Positions 17,763 to 27,252 of a stretch of 64,000 bases of DNA are shown one piece after another. Within the stretch, counting starts at the first letter, position 1; every line of letters starts with the position of its first letter. The stretch is taken from assembly GCA_022837635.1 (NCBI GenBank), contig JALHFY010000001.1:381693-445692 (forward strand), written 5' to 3'. The translations under genes and the position numbers were made by a program. Under the pieces are notes generated by a model. The model saw only the letters and a program-made list of their open reading frames with translations. It had not been told where the DNA came from and made no database searches. This DNA comes from Candidatus Shapirobacteria bacterium. Its GTDB lineage: Bacteria; Patescibacteriota; Microgenomatia; UBA12405.

Positions 17763-19313
17763 TTAAGCTTCATTTTTTTCCGCATTTTTATTGACTTTAC
17801 TACCAACCACAGTCGAAGAAGTCCGTAATTCTCGAACTACAGTCACTTTAATCTGGCCGGCCCATTTAGCTTCTTCTTCGAGTTTTTCGGCAATGTTTTG
17901 ACTTAAGACGGTGGCTTCATCATCATTGACGATAGTAGGTTCAACAATAACCATAACTTCACGTCCAGCCTGATAAGCAGCCACTGAAGTGACACCAGGA
18001 AAAGCTTTGGCAATTTCTTCAATATTTTGCATTCGCTTGAGATATTCTTCGTGAACCTCATAACGGGCGCCGGGACGAGCCCCGGAAGCAGCGTCACCCA
18101 AATAGACCAAAACAGATTCTACTGAAGAAAAAGGTTTGTCCTCATGATGTTCAGCAACAGCATTAATCACCGCTTCAGGCATTTTATAGCGACGAAGCAT
18201 ATCAACACCGAGTTCAATATGAGTCCCCTCTTGATCAGCATTAACTTTACCGAGGTCATGAAACAGAGTACCTAATTTAACAGTGTTAACATCAGCTTTT
18301 AATTCATGGGCCAAGGCGGTAGCAATTTTAACAGCTTCAATAGTGTGTTTAGCTAAATTTTGACCATAGGAATAACGAAATTTGTATTTACCAATTTCTT
18401 TGAGTAAATCTACCGGTAAATTGTAAACGCCAACTTCTTGACAAATTTTTTTGCCTTCATTTAAGAGAATCTTGTCCATTTCCATCTTAGTCTGAGCGAC
18501 AGTTTGTTCAATTTTAACAGGCTGAATACGGCCATCCTTGATTAGTTTTTCCAATGATTGACGGGCAATTTCCCTGCGGGTAGAGTCAAAAGAAGAAATC
18601 CGAATGTCATTACTTTCGTCAAGTTCAATTTCGACACCGGTGGCTTTTTCAAAAGCACGAATGTTGCGACCTTCACGGCCAATAATTTTACCTTTGATTT
18701 TTTCATCAGGTAGAGTAATAGTAGAAACAGTGTATTCAGCCACATAATCAGTGACACCATGAGTCAAAGCTTGAGAGAGAATTTCTTTGGATAGTTCTTC
18801 TTGACGAGTAATTAAATCATCACGACTTTCTTCAATTTTTTTAGAAATCCAAGCAGACATTTTCTTTTCGACACTATTCATCAACAATTGTTTGGCTTGG
18901 TTGACATCCAAACCAGAGATACTTTCTAATTTTTCCAATTGTTTTTTGTAAACATCTTCGATTTGTTCAGTTTTTTTCTTCAGTTCCTGATGTTGAGAGT
19001 CAAGAGATTGCTCCCGAGAGAAAAGATATTTTTCCTTGTCATCAATAGATCTTAAGCGTTGAAGAATTTCAGCTTCCTTGTTTTTAGCTTCAGTTTCAAT
19101 TCTTTTAGCATTATCAATGATTGATTTTGCTTGGGCTTGAGCCTGAGATGTATCGACAGTCTGAGTAGCTTTTTTGGGATTAAAGACTACCCGATTGTAA
19201 TCATCACCCTCTATTTTTTTAGGTTGAGGGGTTTTAACACTCTTGGGAGTCTTTTTAGGAGACTCAGGCACATCAAAAATAACCTTAAACTTCGATAAAA
19301 ATGAGTTAAACAT
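17763..19313 (-). CDS. rny: Ribonuclease Y
   Basis: Coiled coil, KGKIIGREGRNIRAFE (KH), YSYGQN..H, FHDLGK (HD), SGARPGAR, QAGREV.V; SD GGAGGT before ATG 19313. Confidence 0.95.
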   Translation of the reverse strand: MFNSFLSKFKVIFDVPESPKKTPKSVKTPQPKKIEGDDYNRVVFNPKKATQTVDTSQAQAQAKSIIDNAKRIETEAKNKEAEILQRLRSIDDKEKYLFSREQSLDSQHQELKKKTEQIEDVYKKQLEKLESISGLDVNQAKQLLMNSVEKKMSAWISKKIEESRDDLITRQEELSKEILSQALTHGVTDYVAEYTVSTITLPDEKIKGKIIGREGRNIRAFEKATGVEIELDESNDIRISSFDSTRREIARQSLEKLIKDGRIQPVKIEQTVAQTKMEMDKILLNEGKKICQEVGVYNLPVDLLKEIGKYKFRYSYGQNLAKHTIEAVKIATALAHELKADVNTVKLGTLFHDLGKVNADQEGTHIELGVDMLRRYKMPEAVINAVAEHHEDKPFSSVESVLVYLGDAASGARPGARYEVHEEYLKRMQNIEEIAKAFPGVTSVAAYQAGREVMVIVEPTIVNDDEATVLSQNIAEKLEEEAKWAGQIKVTVVRELRTSSTVVGSKVNKNAEKNEA

Positions 19314-19460
19314 AGTACCTCCAAACACCTTTTACCAGTTGAGAGAAGAATTTACTCGGCGAAGCAATGGAAAGAAAAAAAAATTAAGCCGAAATTCATT
19401 GTAAAAAAATAAAGTAAAAAGTGTAAATTTATAATTATTTGTAATTTAAGTCTTGATAGT

Positions 19461-20093
19461 TTAGCTTTTTTTCAACAATTCGTCAATTGCTATTTTAATG
19501 TCATTATAGGCAAAACCTTTTCGATACAAAGAGGCAAATACTTTATTTTTAACCTTTGGGTCCGACCAATTTAGATTTTGATATTTTTTTTGGGTTAAAA
19601 GAGTCCTAAGTAGTTGAATTTCGTCTGTTTGAAAGTCGGGTGGTAATTTAAGAGAGTAAAGGGCTAATTTTTGACGAAGAAAATTTTGAGGCTTATGGTG
19701 ATATTTTCTAATCAAATAGTCAATAAAATCATCTTCTTTTAGTAAATTGAATGTTTTGAGCTTGTCTAAAATTTGATCCAATAAAAATGAAAAATCGCCT
19801 GTAAGAGAGTATTTTTTTTGATAAAAATAGAGTTTTTGCCTTAGTTTAGGTAACAAAATTTTGTCAATCTTAGGAGAGAGAGCGATCTGGCGCAAGGAGT
19901 AGTTGTAAAGCAGAAAAAAAAGTGAAGCGGCTTTGAGATCTTCGAAGAGTGTCTCAGAAACCGATTGATTTTTTTTCAGACTAAAACGGAGATAATCATC
20001 ACTGGAAATAGGCAACTTAAGACGATTACTAAAAATCAACCAAAACTGGTTTTTAGAGCGCCGACTCGGGAGAATTTTTTGAAGAGTTAGCAT
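19461..20093 (-). CDS. recX: Regulatory protein RecX
   Basis: Directly downstream of recA; C-terminal K.FASL.RKGF.Y..I. Confidence 0.7.
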   Translation of the reverse strand: MLTLQKILPSRRSKNQFWLIFSNRLKLPISSDDYLRFSLKKNQSVSETLFEDLKAASLFFLLYNYSLRQIALSPKIDKILLPKLRQKLYFYQKKYSLTGDFSFLLDQILDKLKTFNLLKEDDFIDYLIRKYHHKPQNFLRQKLALYSLKLPPDFQTDEIQLLRTLLTQKKYQNLNWSDPKVKNKVFASLYRKGFAYNDIKIAIDELLKKS

Positions 20094-21126
20094 CAGCAGC
20101 GTCGCTTTTAACTTTTTGCCAGATTTTTTGTTCTAAATCTTTGGCAATTTTAGGATTTTCTTTGAGATATTTCTTGGCGGCTTCGCGGCCCTGAAGATTT
20201 TGATCGCCAATTTTGAAAAAAGCACCTGATTTGACGACAAAACCATGAGTAACTCCTAAATCTACCAAAGATCCAGTATTAGAAATACCCTCAGTATTCA
20301 TGATATCAAACTCAGCTTCTTTGAAAGGTGGAGCGACTTTGTTTTTGACAATGCGGGCACGGTGTTGAGAGCCAATCGATTCGCCGGAGGAGGTTTTAAT
20401 ATTGGCAATTTTTCTGACATCAATCCGCACTGAGGAATAGAATTTAAGGGCTAAACCTCCGGGGGTGGTTTCAGGATTACCAAACATAATGCCTATTTTT
20501 TGGCGTAATTGATTGGTAAAGATAACTACTGACTTTGATTTATTGATAGCACCGGTTAATTTTCTTAGGGCTTGTGACATTAAGCGGGCCTGAACACCTA
20601 CCATCGAATCCCCCATTTCACCTTCAATTTCGGCTTTGGGAACCAAAGCAGCCACTGAATCAACAACAATCACATCGATAGCATTGGAACGGACTAAAGT
20701 TTCGACAATTTCTAAAGCCTGTTCACCGTTGTCAGGTTGGGAAATTAACAAGTTGTCCAGATTGACACCAATAGTGGCGGCCCGAGTGGGTTCCAAGGCA
20801 TGTTCAGCATCGATAAAAGCGGCAGTACCACCCATTTTTTGGACTTCAGCAATGGTGTGAAGACAAATGGTGGTTTTACCTGAAGCTTCAGGGCCAAAAA
20901 TTTCAGTAATTCGACCGCGAGGTAAACCGCCGATACCCAAGGCAATATCAAGAGGTAGAGAACCAGTGGGAACAACTTCAATGTCCATGTCAGCACGTTC
21001 GCCCATTTTCATAATGGCACCGTCACCATAGGCTTTGGTGATTTGTTCCATGGCTAGGCGAATGGCTTCATTTTTTTTGTTTTGCAAATTATCAGTTTTG
21101 GGGAGAGTAGTCTTTTTTGTTTTCAT
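20053..21126 (-). CDS. recA: Recombinase RecA
   Basis: [49 protein letters not shown]. Confidence 0.98.
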   Translation of the reverse strand: MKTKKTTLPKTDNLQNKKNEAIRLAMEQITKAYGDGAIMKMGERADMDIEVVPTGSLPLDIALGIGGLPRGRITEIFGPEASGKTTICLHTIAEVQKMGGTAAFIDAEHALEPTRAATIGVNLDNLLISQPDNGEQALEIVETLVRSNAIDVIVVDSVAALVPKAEIEGEMGDSMVGVQARLMSQALRKLTGAINKSKSVVIFTNQLRQKIGIMFGNPETTPGGLALKFYSSVRIDVRKIANIKTSSGESIGSQHRARIVKNKVAPPFKEAEFDIMNTEGISNTGSLVDLGVTHGFVVKSGAFFKIGDQNLQGREAAKKYLKENPKIAKDLEQKIWQKVKSDAADANSSKNSPESAL

Positions 21127-21202
21127 AGAATTAGTAATAGCAGCCCAGACTATATCAAGTCAAGGAGTAAAACCGAAGAAAAGGCGAAGAAAATTTTGTT
21201 GG

Positions 21203-21231
21203 TTGACGAATAGTGAAAATGATTTTATAGT
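21203..21231 (+). promoter_or_regulatory. Sigma70-type promoter
   Basis: TTGACG-17 nt-TATAGT upstream of the MBL gene. Confidence 0.6.
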
Positions 21232-21268
21232 TGGGAGGTGGTTGTAAAAATGTTATGACAAATACTTT

Positions 21269-22729
21269 ATGAGTAGATCGGCTGAATTTAGTGAAGAATT
21301 CAGCATTCAATCGTTAGGAGCGGCAGGGGGTTTGGTTACAGGGTCACTTCATAGACTGCGACATGGAGAAAGTACGATTATTGTGGATGCAGGTTTGTTT
21401 CAAGGTAAAAATGATGTGTTATTACCGAATGGAAAAAGTCGAAATGCTACAGATATAAATGCTTTAAGGGAAGTAAATACAATCTTGTTAACTCATGCCC
21501 ATGCGGACCATGTAGGCCGACTGCCTTTGTTTCATAAGCGAGGATTAAAACCGAAAACAATAACCACCACCATGACTAAAGAGTTAATGCAAGTTATATT
21601 GGATGATGCGGCAAAAATTCAAAAGAATGGGGACAAACTATATAATCGTGAAGATGTGGAGAGAATAATGAATTATGTTAAGGAAATTAATTTTGGAAAA
21701 GATGTAAAAATCGGTAATAAACATGATAACTTAAGGACTAATTTTATTTATAATGGTCATATTCCGGGTTCGGCGTCGATACTAATTCGAAAAGAAGGAG
21801 TAGTCGGAGGAATTTTATTTTCTGGAGATATTGGACAGGAAATAAATGCCATTTGTGGAGGTTGGGGTGAAGTGGTTGAGGCTAGACCAAGTGAAATGCC
21901 TATTAAAGCTTTATGGGTGGAATCAACCAGTTTTGATAGACATTCAGTTTCTTTTGATGAAAAATACGGCTTATTTATGGAGAATATTAATGAAATTTTA
22001 GGTCGTGGCGGATCGGTGATTTTGCCGATTTTATCCTTACAAAGAAATCAAGAAATAACGGAGATGATAGCTCGTGCTCAAAATCAGGGCGATATTCCCA
22101 AAGGTTGCAAAATTTATAAAGATGCGCCCTTGGCTCAAAAATTTGAAGAAATATATATTGATAAAGCGGAATTATTTATGACTAAGCGATTTGGTAACAA
22201 TGAAGATTTTTACCAGACATTAGAGCAAGCTCAATCCCGATTTAATTTAAGAAATTGCTTGCTAGTAGCTGATAACAAAGAATCTGTTAAATTAGCGGAT
22301 ATTTTGGGTAAATCCAATAAAAAATCTATTGTATTGACAGGAGGAGGGATGTGTGGTTTTGGTCGTGTCAGAAATTATATTGATGGAGCTTTTGGAAAAA
22401 ACAGAAAAAATGGGATAATTTTGACTTGTTACCAAGTGGAAGGAACTGAAGGAGAAAAGATAGTTAATCAAGGAAGATTGATTAATGCCCAGAATCAAAA
22501 AAAAGGGGCAACAGTAACTCAATTGGATGTTTTTTCAGGACATATCAGCGGAGAAAGTGACACTTTTAAGTTTTTAGAAAGATTCAATCTAAGTGAACTA
22601 GAGTTAATAGGGATTGTTCATGGTAGCAATGACAACAGAAGAAGAATGGCTGAAGCCATTAAAAGTCGAGGTTATCCCGCCAAAGTGGTACTACCAGAAA
22701 TTAATGAAGTAATTAAATTTAGCCTATAA
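21269..22729 (+). CDS. MBL-fold beta-CASP metallo-hydrolase (RNase-like)
   Basis: LGAAG..VTGS, VDAGLFQG, THAHADHVG, GHIPGSA, FSGDIG, VEST, FSGH, VHG. Confidence 0.9.
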   Translation: MSRSAEFSEEFSIQSLGAAGGLVTGSLHRLRHGESTIIVDAGLFQGKNDVLLPNGKSRNATDINALREVNTILLTHAHADHVGRLPLFHKRGLKPKTITTTMTKELMQVILDDAAKIQKNGDKLYNREDVERIMNYVKEINFGKDVKIGNKHDNLRTNFIYNGHIPGSASILIRKEGVVGGILFSGDIGQEINAICGGWGEVVEARPSEMPIKALWVESTSFDRHSVSFDEKYGLFMENINEILGRGGSVILPILSLQRNQEITEMIARAQNQGDIPKGCKIYKDAPLAQKFEEIYIDKAELFMTKRFGNNEDFYQTLEQAQSRFNLRNCLLVADNKESVKLADILGKSNKKSIVLTGGGMCGFGRVRNYIDGAFGKNRKNGIILTCYQVEGTEGEKIVNQGRLINAQNQKKGATVTQLDVFSGHISGESDTFKFLERFNLSELELIGIVHGSNDNRRRMAEAIKSRGYPAKVVLPEINEVIKFSL

Positions 22730-23276
22730 AATGAGGTGAGTTTTGATACAAATTCCAGGCAGCCAGAGTGATACCACATTCAATTTTACCGCTTTGCATA
22801 TATTCTTGAACTTGTTTTAAGGATAATTTAATTACTTTTTCAATCGATTCATCCCCTTCTTGATGATCTTGACTGATTTCGTCTTCATTGACTAAATCAG
22901 TGACTAAAAAGGCATGAGCACAGACATTTTCGTGTCCAGGCCCAATAAAAAAACTACCCAAAGGAAACCAAGTTTGACCTTGTAAACCAGTTTCCTCATA
23001 TAATTCTCTTTTTGCATTATCCAAATAATTTTGACTGTTAACGACTCCGGCGGGGATTTCATAGATATATTTTTGAAGTGGGTAACGATATTGTCGGAGG
23101 AAGTAAAAAGAATTATCCTGACTTCTGGCTAAAACAAAGACTCCATCCGGTTTGTCCAAATATCCATAAATCCCCTCTTGGCCATCAGGGCGAATCACTT
23201 TATCCTCATGGATTTTAATCCAAGGATTTTGATAGACAATTTTTGAGGCAAGTGTTTTCCAAGGAGATTTGGACAT
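22719..23276 (-). CDS. NUDIX hydrolase (ADP-ribose pyrophosphatase-like)
   Basis: RQYRYP...EIPAG...AKRELYEETG Nudix box. Confidence 0.9.
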   Translation of the reverse strand: MSKSPWKTLASKIVYQNPWIKIHEDKVIRPDGQEGIYGYLDKPDGVFVLARSQDNSFYFLRQYRYPLQKYIYEIPAGVVNSQNYLDNAKRELYEETGLQGQTWFPLGSFFIGPGHENVCAHAFLVTDLVNEDEISQDHQEGDESIEKVIKLSLKQVQEYMQSGKIECGITLAAWNLYQNSPHFIG

Positions 23277-23286
23277 AGTAGATTAA

Positions 23287-23315
23287 GGTCGCCTACGTTG
23301 AAACTCCGGCTAACC
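23287..23315. repeat. Free-standing copy of the hairpin module also found twice in rnpB
   Basis: GGTCGCCTACGTTGAAACTCCGGCTAACC; compare 10742-10770 and 10856-10894. Confidence 0.55.
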
Positions 23316-23318
23316 AAG

Positions 23319-23392
23319 TCGGGAATACAGGATTCGAACCTGCAACCTCACGCACCCCATGCGTGCGCGCTAGCCAATTGCGCCAATCCCCG
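23319..23392 (-). tRNA. tRNA-Pro(GGG), CCA not encoded
   Basis: CGGGGATTGGCGCAATTGGCTAGCGCG-CACGC-AT-GGG-GT-GCGTG-AGGTTGCAGGTTCGAATCCTGTATTCCCGA; followed by CTT. Confidence 0.95.
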
Positions 23393-23420
23393 TAGTGAGG
23401 ATAGTATAAAGGAAAACTGT

Positions 23421-24260
23421 TTACTTAAAAAGTAGAAAGAACAAAATCGACCTGAGATATAGGGCAAAAGCTTTACCGGCCGGTAAATTGTAAAATGGAG
23501 CCGACCAGTGGTCATAGGCCCTTTGTAATTGATGGGCACTAGTTTTAGGATTGGTATGACGAAAATCAGAGAGCGAGTAAACAGGTGAAAATTCAATCTT
23601 AAAATCAGGCATCAGTTTGTCAACAAAAGGTAAAAGTCGCAAAAAATCAAAAGTGGAAGTACCGGAAGTATGGGCAAAAACTATTTTAGCTCGTCGATAT
23701 TTTTTAACCTGATTAACTAAATAACCGACTCCGGGCAAAAAGTCTCGACCATTGTCAGTACCTCCAGCCGGAAAAATAATCACCAGAGAGTTTTGATCAA
23801 TTTTTTTGGCGGCTAATTTGATACTGTCAATATTTTTTTGATGAGCTTCGTTTTTGGAAAAAACCGGGGAATAATGAAAAAAATTGAGAAGTTTGGTTTT
23901 CCAATCAAATTTACTTTGGGTCTCCAGACGATGGTTAATGTAAACCGGAATTAAGTGTTGATCGAGAGCGGGAATAATGCCCAATAAATTATGAATAGAA
24001 ATCATAAAAATATTTCGACGAGATGGGAGGGCTCCTAAGGTTAAAAAAACTTCAGCCTGAGAAGGGTGGTTACAAATTAAAACTAGAGGATCATTTTTAA
24101 GAGAATTCAGTGTTTCTGGGGAGGAATTGATGATAAAGCCGCGACTGTATTCGTCAGCAATACTCTTAAAAGCTTGAGAGAGACCATTTTTTTGGAGATT
24201 ATCGTTGACTTTTTTAAGAAAGTAATGAGTAATGGGATGGTGATATAGAGACCGAGGCAT
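23421..24260 (-). CDS. PlsC-like (LPLAT) acyltransferase
   Basis: LICNHPSQAE, LIPV, IIFPAGG, F.PGVG.L. Confidence 0.7.
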   Translation of the reverse strand: MPRSLYHHPITHYFLKKVNDNLQKNGLSQAFKSIADEYSRGFIINSSPETLNSLKNDPLVLICNHPSQAEVFLTLGALPSRRNIFMISIHNLLGIIPALDQHLIPVYINHRLETQSKFDWKTKLLNFFHYSPVFSKNEAHQKNIDSIKLAAKKIDQNSLVIIFPAGGTDNGRDFLPGVGYLVNQVKKYRRAKIVFAHTSGTSTFDFLRLLPFVDKLMPDFKIEFSPVYSLSDFRHTNPKTSAHQLQRAYDHWSAPFYNLPAGKAFALYLRSILFFLLFK

Positions 24261-24328
24261 GAATTATGATTATAAAGAAAAAGCTTGAAAATTGGAAAAT
24301 CAAATAAGAGGTGGTATGCTTGAATTCC

Positions 24329-24934
24329 ATGAAAAAGGAAGTTTTTTTTGATGTAGAAACTAAAAAAATCTTTGATGATATTGAAAGCTCTAATCCGGCA
24401 GATTTGGGAGTGTCAATAGTCTCGGTATACACCAGAAAACTAGATGAAAATTATCAGGAAATAGAAGGTAAAATTCAAAGTTTTTGGGAAGAAGATTTTG
24501 CTAAGATGTGGCCTTTGTTTGCAGAGACAGATAGAATCATCGGTTTTAATTCAATTCATTTTGACGTCCCAGCATTGGGACCGCAGGCACCTTATGATTT
24601 TAAGAAATTAAAGCATTTTGATATTTTGGAAAAAGTTAAAAACAGTCTCGGTTTCAGATTAAGCTTAAATGCGATTGCTAGAGAAACATTGAATCAGGAA
24701 AAAATTGATAATGGTTTGAACGCGGTCTATTACTGGCAAGAACAGACCCCGGAATCATTGGAAAAACTCAGAAAATATTGTGAAATGGATGTCATGGTCA
24801 CTAAAAAAGTCTACGACTTCGCCTTAAAAAACAAACAATTGAAATACAAAGACAAATGGAATACGCCTAGAATCATCGAAGTTGATTTTTCCTATCCCAA
24901 GGAAGAAGCAGTTCCACAAATGGGTTTGTTTTAG
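24329..24934 (+). CDS. RNase H-like DEDD 3'-5' exonuclease (YprB/RNase_H_2-like)
   Basis: FFDVET, IIGFNS..FDVP, HFDIL, LSLN.IA, YC..DV..T. Confidence 0.8.
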   Translation: MKKEVFFDVETKKIFDDIESSNPADLGVSIVSVYTRKLDENYQEIEGKIQSFWEEDFAKMWPLFAETDRIIGFNSIHFDVPALGPQAPYDFKKLKHFDILEKVKNSLGFRLSLNAIARETLNQEKIDNGLNAVYYWQEQTPESLEKLRKYCEMDVMVTKKVYDFALKNKQLKYKDKWNTPRIIEVDFSYPKEEAVPQMGLF

Positions 24935-25797
24935 AGAATTTTGGCATCAGGTTGAGCAGAATTTTTACTCAAAATATAGACATCGGCACCGAATTCATCT
25001 TGACCAACAAACTCCCCTTCTCCTTTTAAGATTCGTTCATAAGGGCGGCAATAGCGACAACCAGCTTCACCTTGGGGACAATCAAATTTATTAAGGCTTT
25101 TTTGCAGTTTGATTCTTTTGCCGATTTTAAGAATATCAGCTTCAGATTTGCTTAAATCAGGTAGTTTTTTAGGAGTTAGTTCGTCACTGTTTTCCAAATA
25201 CCAATAATAGGCTTTGGCAACTTCCCGATTTTGACAGTTTTTAACCAACAAATGATAAATAGGCAACTGAAGCGAATCTTTACCCTCTTCATGACGACTG
25301 GTTTTGAAATCAATAATATCGACAGTGTTAGTTTCAGGAGAATAGCGAAGCCAGTCGATTTTACCGCACAAAATAATATTGTCTTGAGGAGAAATCCAAT
25401 AGTAAGGTAAATCCATATTAATTTTGATGGCTAATTCCCCGAGTGGTCCAGGATTGTTTTGAACTCGACGAATCATGGCCTCACCTCTTTGTTTATAGGC
25501 GTATTCAGTATCTTTATCTAAAAAACCACCTTTTTTACCGGAAACTTTTTTCCAAGCTGTCTCAAATCTGTCCAAGAGAGGTTGGCGAAAACGAAGATCG
25601 GTTTTAATTTCCGAGAGAGATTCAATTACCTCATGAACCGCCTTGCCCAAACTTAAAGCCGGGGAAGTAATTTTAATTTTGTGATGAGTTTGGGGATCCT
25701 TGTAAATGTTTTTAAGATAGTAACTCCGGGGACACTCTAAAAAGGCAGAAATAGAAGAATGGGATAACCAAAGAGCAGTATATTTATCAGTTGACAT
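24931..25797 (-). CDS. PD-(D/E)XK nuclease, Cas4/AddB-like with 4 Cys
   Basis: LSHSSI..F.ECPR.YY, G.AVH, GKIDW, IIDFKT, QLPIY, C....GC..C. Confidence 0.85.
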   Translation of the reverse strand: MSTDKYTALWLSHSSISAFLECPRSYYLKNIYKDPQTHHKIKITSPALSLGKAVHEVIESLSEIKTDLRFRQPLLDRFETAWKKVSGKKGGFLDKDTEYAYKQRGEAMIRRVQNNPGPLGELAIKINMDLPYYWISPQDNIILCGKIDWLRYSPETNTVDIIDFKTSRHEEGKDSLQLPIYHLLVKNCQNREVAKAYYWYLENSDELTPKKLPDLSKSEADILKIGKRIKLQKSLNKFDCPQGEAGCRYCRPYERILKGEGEFVGQDEFGADVYILSKNSAQPDAKIL

Positions 25798-25817
25798 AAA
25801 CTATTATATAGTGAGAA

Positions 25818-26465
25818 ATGAAAAGACTAAATAAGTTTTTAGCAGAATCGGGGATAGCTTCCAGGCGAGGGGCAGATAAATTAATTTTGGAAAATAAAGT
25901 GTTGATAAACGGAAAAGTGGCTAAATTGGGTGACAAAGTGAGTGACAGAGATAGGGTGGTAGTGAATAGTCAAGAAATTAACAGAGTGGAAGAAAAGGAA
26001 TATTTTGCGGTTTACAAGCCGGTGGGTTATGTATCAACAGCCAATGATGAATGGGGACGAGCCAAGGTAACTGATTTAGTCAAAAGCAAAAATCGACTTT
26101 ACCCGGTAGGAAGATTGGATAAAAATTCTGAAGGATTAATGATTTTGACCAATGACGGAGAATTGACTCTACGATTGACTCATCCCCGATATCATTTGGA
26201 AAAAGAATATGAAGTCGAGACGGATAGAAAAATTGATGTCAAAAAAATTAATACCGGTCAGAACAAAATTATTTGGAGAGATGGGAATAAAATGAAAATA
26301 ATTATGTACGAAGGCAAAAAAAGGCAAATTAGAAACATGTGCTGGGAAGCAGGTTTGAGAGTTAAAAAACTTAAAAGAGTCCGAATGGGAAGATTGATGT
26401 TGGGAGAAATGAAGGTTGGAGAAGTCAGGCGACTTGGTCAAAAGGAAATAAAAGAGTTAAGATAG
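25818..26465 (+). CDS. rRNA pseudouridine synthase (RluB/RsuA family, S4 domain)
   Basis: RLNKFLA..G..SRR, YKPVGY, PVGRLD..SEGL..LTNDG, EGKKRQIR.M. Confidence 0.92.
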   Translation: MKRLNKFLAESGIASRRGADKLILENKVLINGKVAKLGDKVSDRDRVVVNSQEINRVEEKEYFAVYKPVGYVSTANDEWGRAKVTDLVKSKNRLYPVGRLDKNSEGLMILTNDGELTLRLTHPRYHLEKEYEVETDRKIDVKKINTGQNKIIWRDGNKMKIIMYEGKKRQIRNMCWEAGLRVKKLKRVRMGRLMLGEMKVGEVRRLGQKEIKELR

Positions 26466-26470
26466 TCAAC

Positions 26471-27250
26471 ATGAAAAAGAAAGGAGTATCTTTGGTATTA
26501 GGCTGTGGTGGTTCTAAAGGACCGGCACATTTGGGGGTGATTAAAGCCCTAGTTGAGGCTAATTTTGAAATAAAAGAGATTGTAGGAACTTCGGTGGGAG
26601 CTTTAATAGGAGGTTTGTATGCAGCTAATCCTAATGTAAAAGAAATAGAAAAAATATTAAATAGTTTGGATTATCGTAAATTATTCAGATTATTAGTTGG
26701 TAAACCAATTAAAAGTGGGTTGATTAACGGAGAAAAATATCGAAAATTTGTTGAAGATTGTTGTGCGGTTAAAAATATTGAAGATACAAAAATTCCTTTT
26801 AGAGCGATAAGTTGTGATTTGGTAAGAGGAAAAAAATATGTTTTTAGGACAGGTCCAATTGCCACAGCGATTTGTGCTTCAAGTGCGATTCCAGCGATTT
26901 TTGCTCCAGTTAAGTATAAAGGCAAAATTTTAATTGATGGCGGAGCTTTGGCACCAGTAGCAATAGAGGAAACTAGACCTAAACCTGGCGATAAAGTAGT
27001 GGCGGTGGCTTTATTTAAGCATTTATTTCCAAAAAGTTATCGACAATTAAGTCGAGCTAATTTAGGCAAAATTGCTTTTGTGTCAGCACAATTAGCAATC
27101 AGTAATTTATCAAAACAAGCGATTAAAAAGGCGGATGTAGCTATATTGCCAGAGGTGGAGGATATAAACGTACTAAATTTTGTTAAAAGTAAGAATTATG
27201 TAGAAATTGGTTACCAGGCGATGAAGGCAAAAATCAAAGAATTGGATTAA
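26471..27250 (+). CDS. Patatin-like phospholipase
   Basis: LGCGGSKG, GTSVG, ASSAIP..F.P, DGG. Confidence 0.9.
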   Translation: MKKKGVSLVLGCGGSKGPAHLGVIKALVEANFEIKEIVGTSVGALIGGLYAANPNVKEIEKILNSLDYRKLFRLLVGKPIKSGLINGEKYRKFVEDCCAVKNIEDTKIPFRAISCDLVRGKKYVFRTGPIATAICASSAIPAIFAPVKYKGKILIDGGALAPVAIEETRPKPGDKVVAVALFKHLFPKSYRQLSRANLGKIAFVSAQLAISNLSKQAIKKADVAILPEVEDINVLNFVKSKNYVEIGYQAMKAKIKELD

Positions 27251-27252
27251 AG

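Noticed and set aside
21234-21258. GGAGGTG followed by mini-ORF ATG TTA TGA upstream of the MBL gene
   Set aside because: A two-codon ORF could be chance; no supporting evidence without comparative data.
23348-23596. 82-aa ORF on the minus strand
   Set aside because: Overlaps the acyltransferase 3' end out of frame and runs into tRNA-Pro; shadow ORF.
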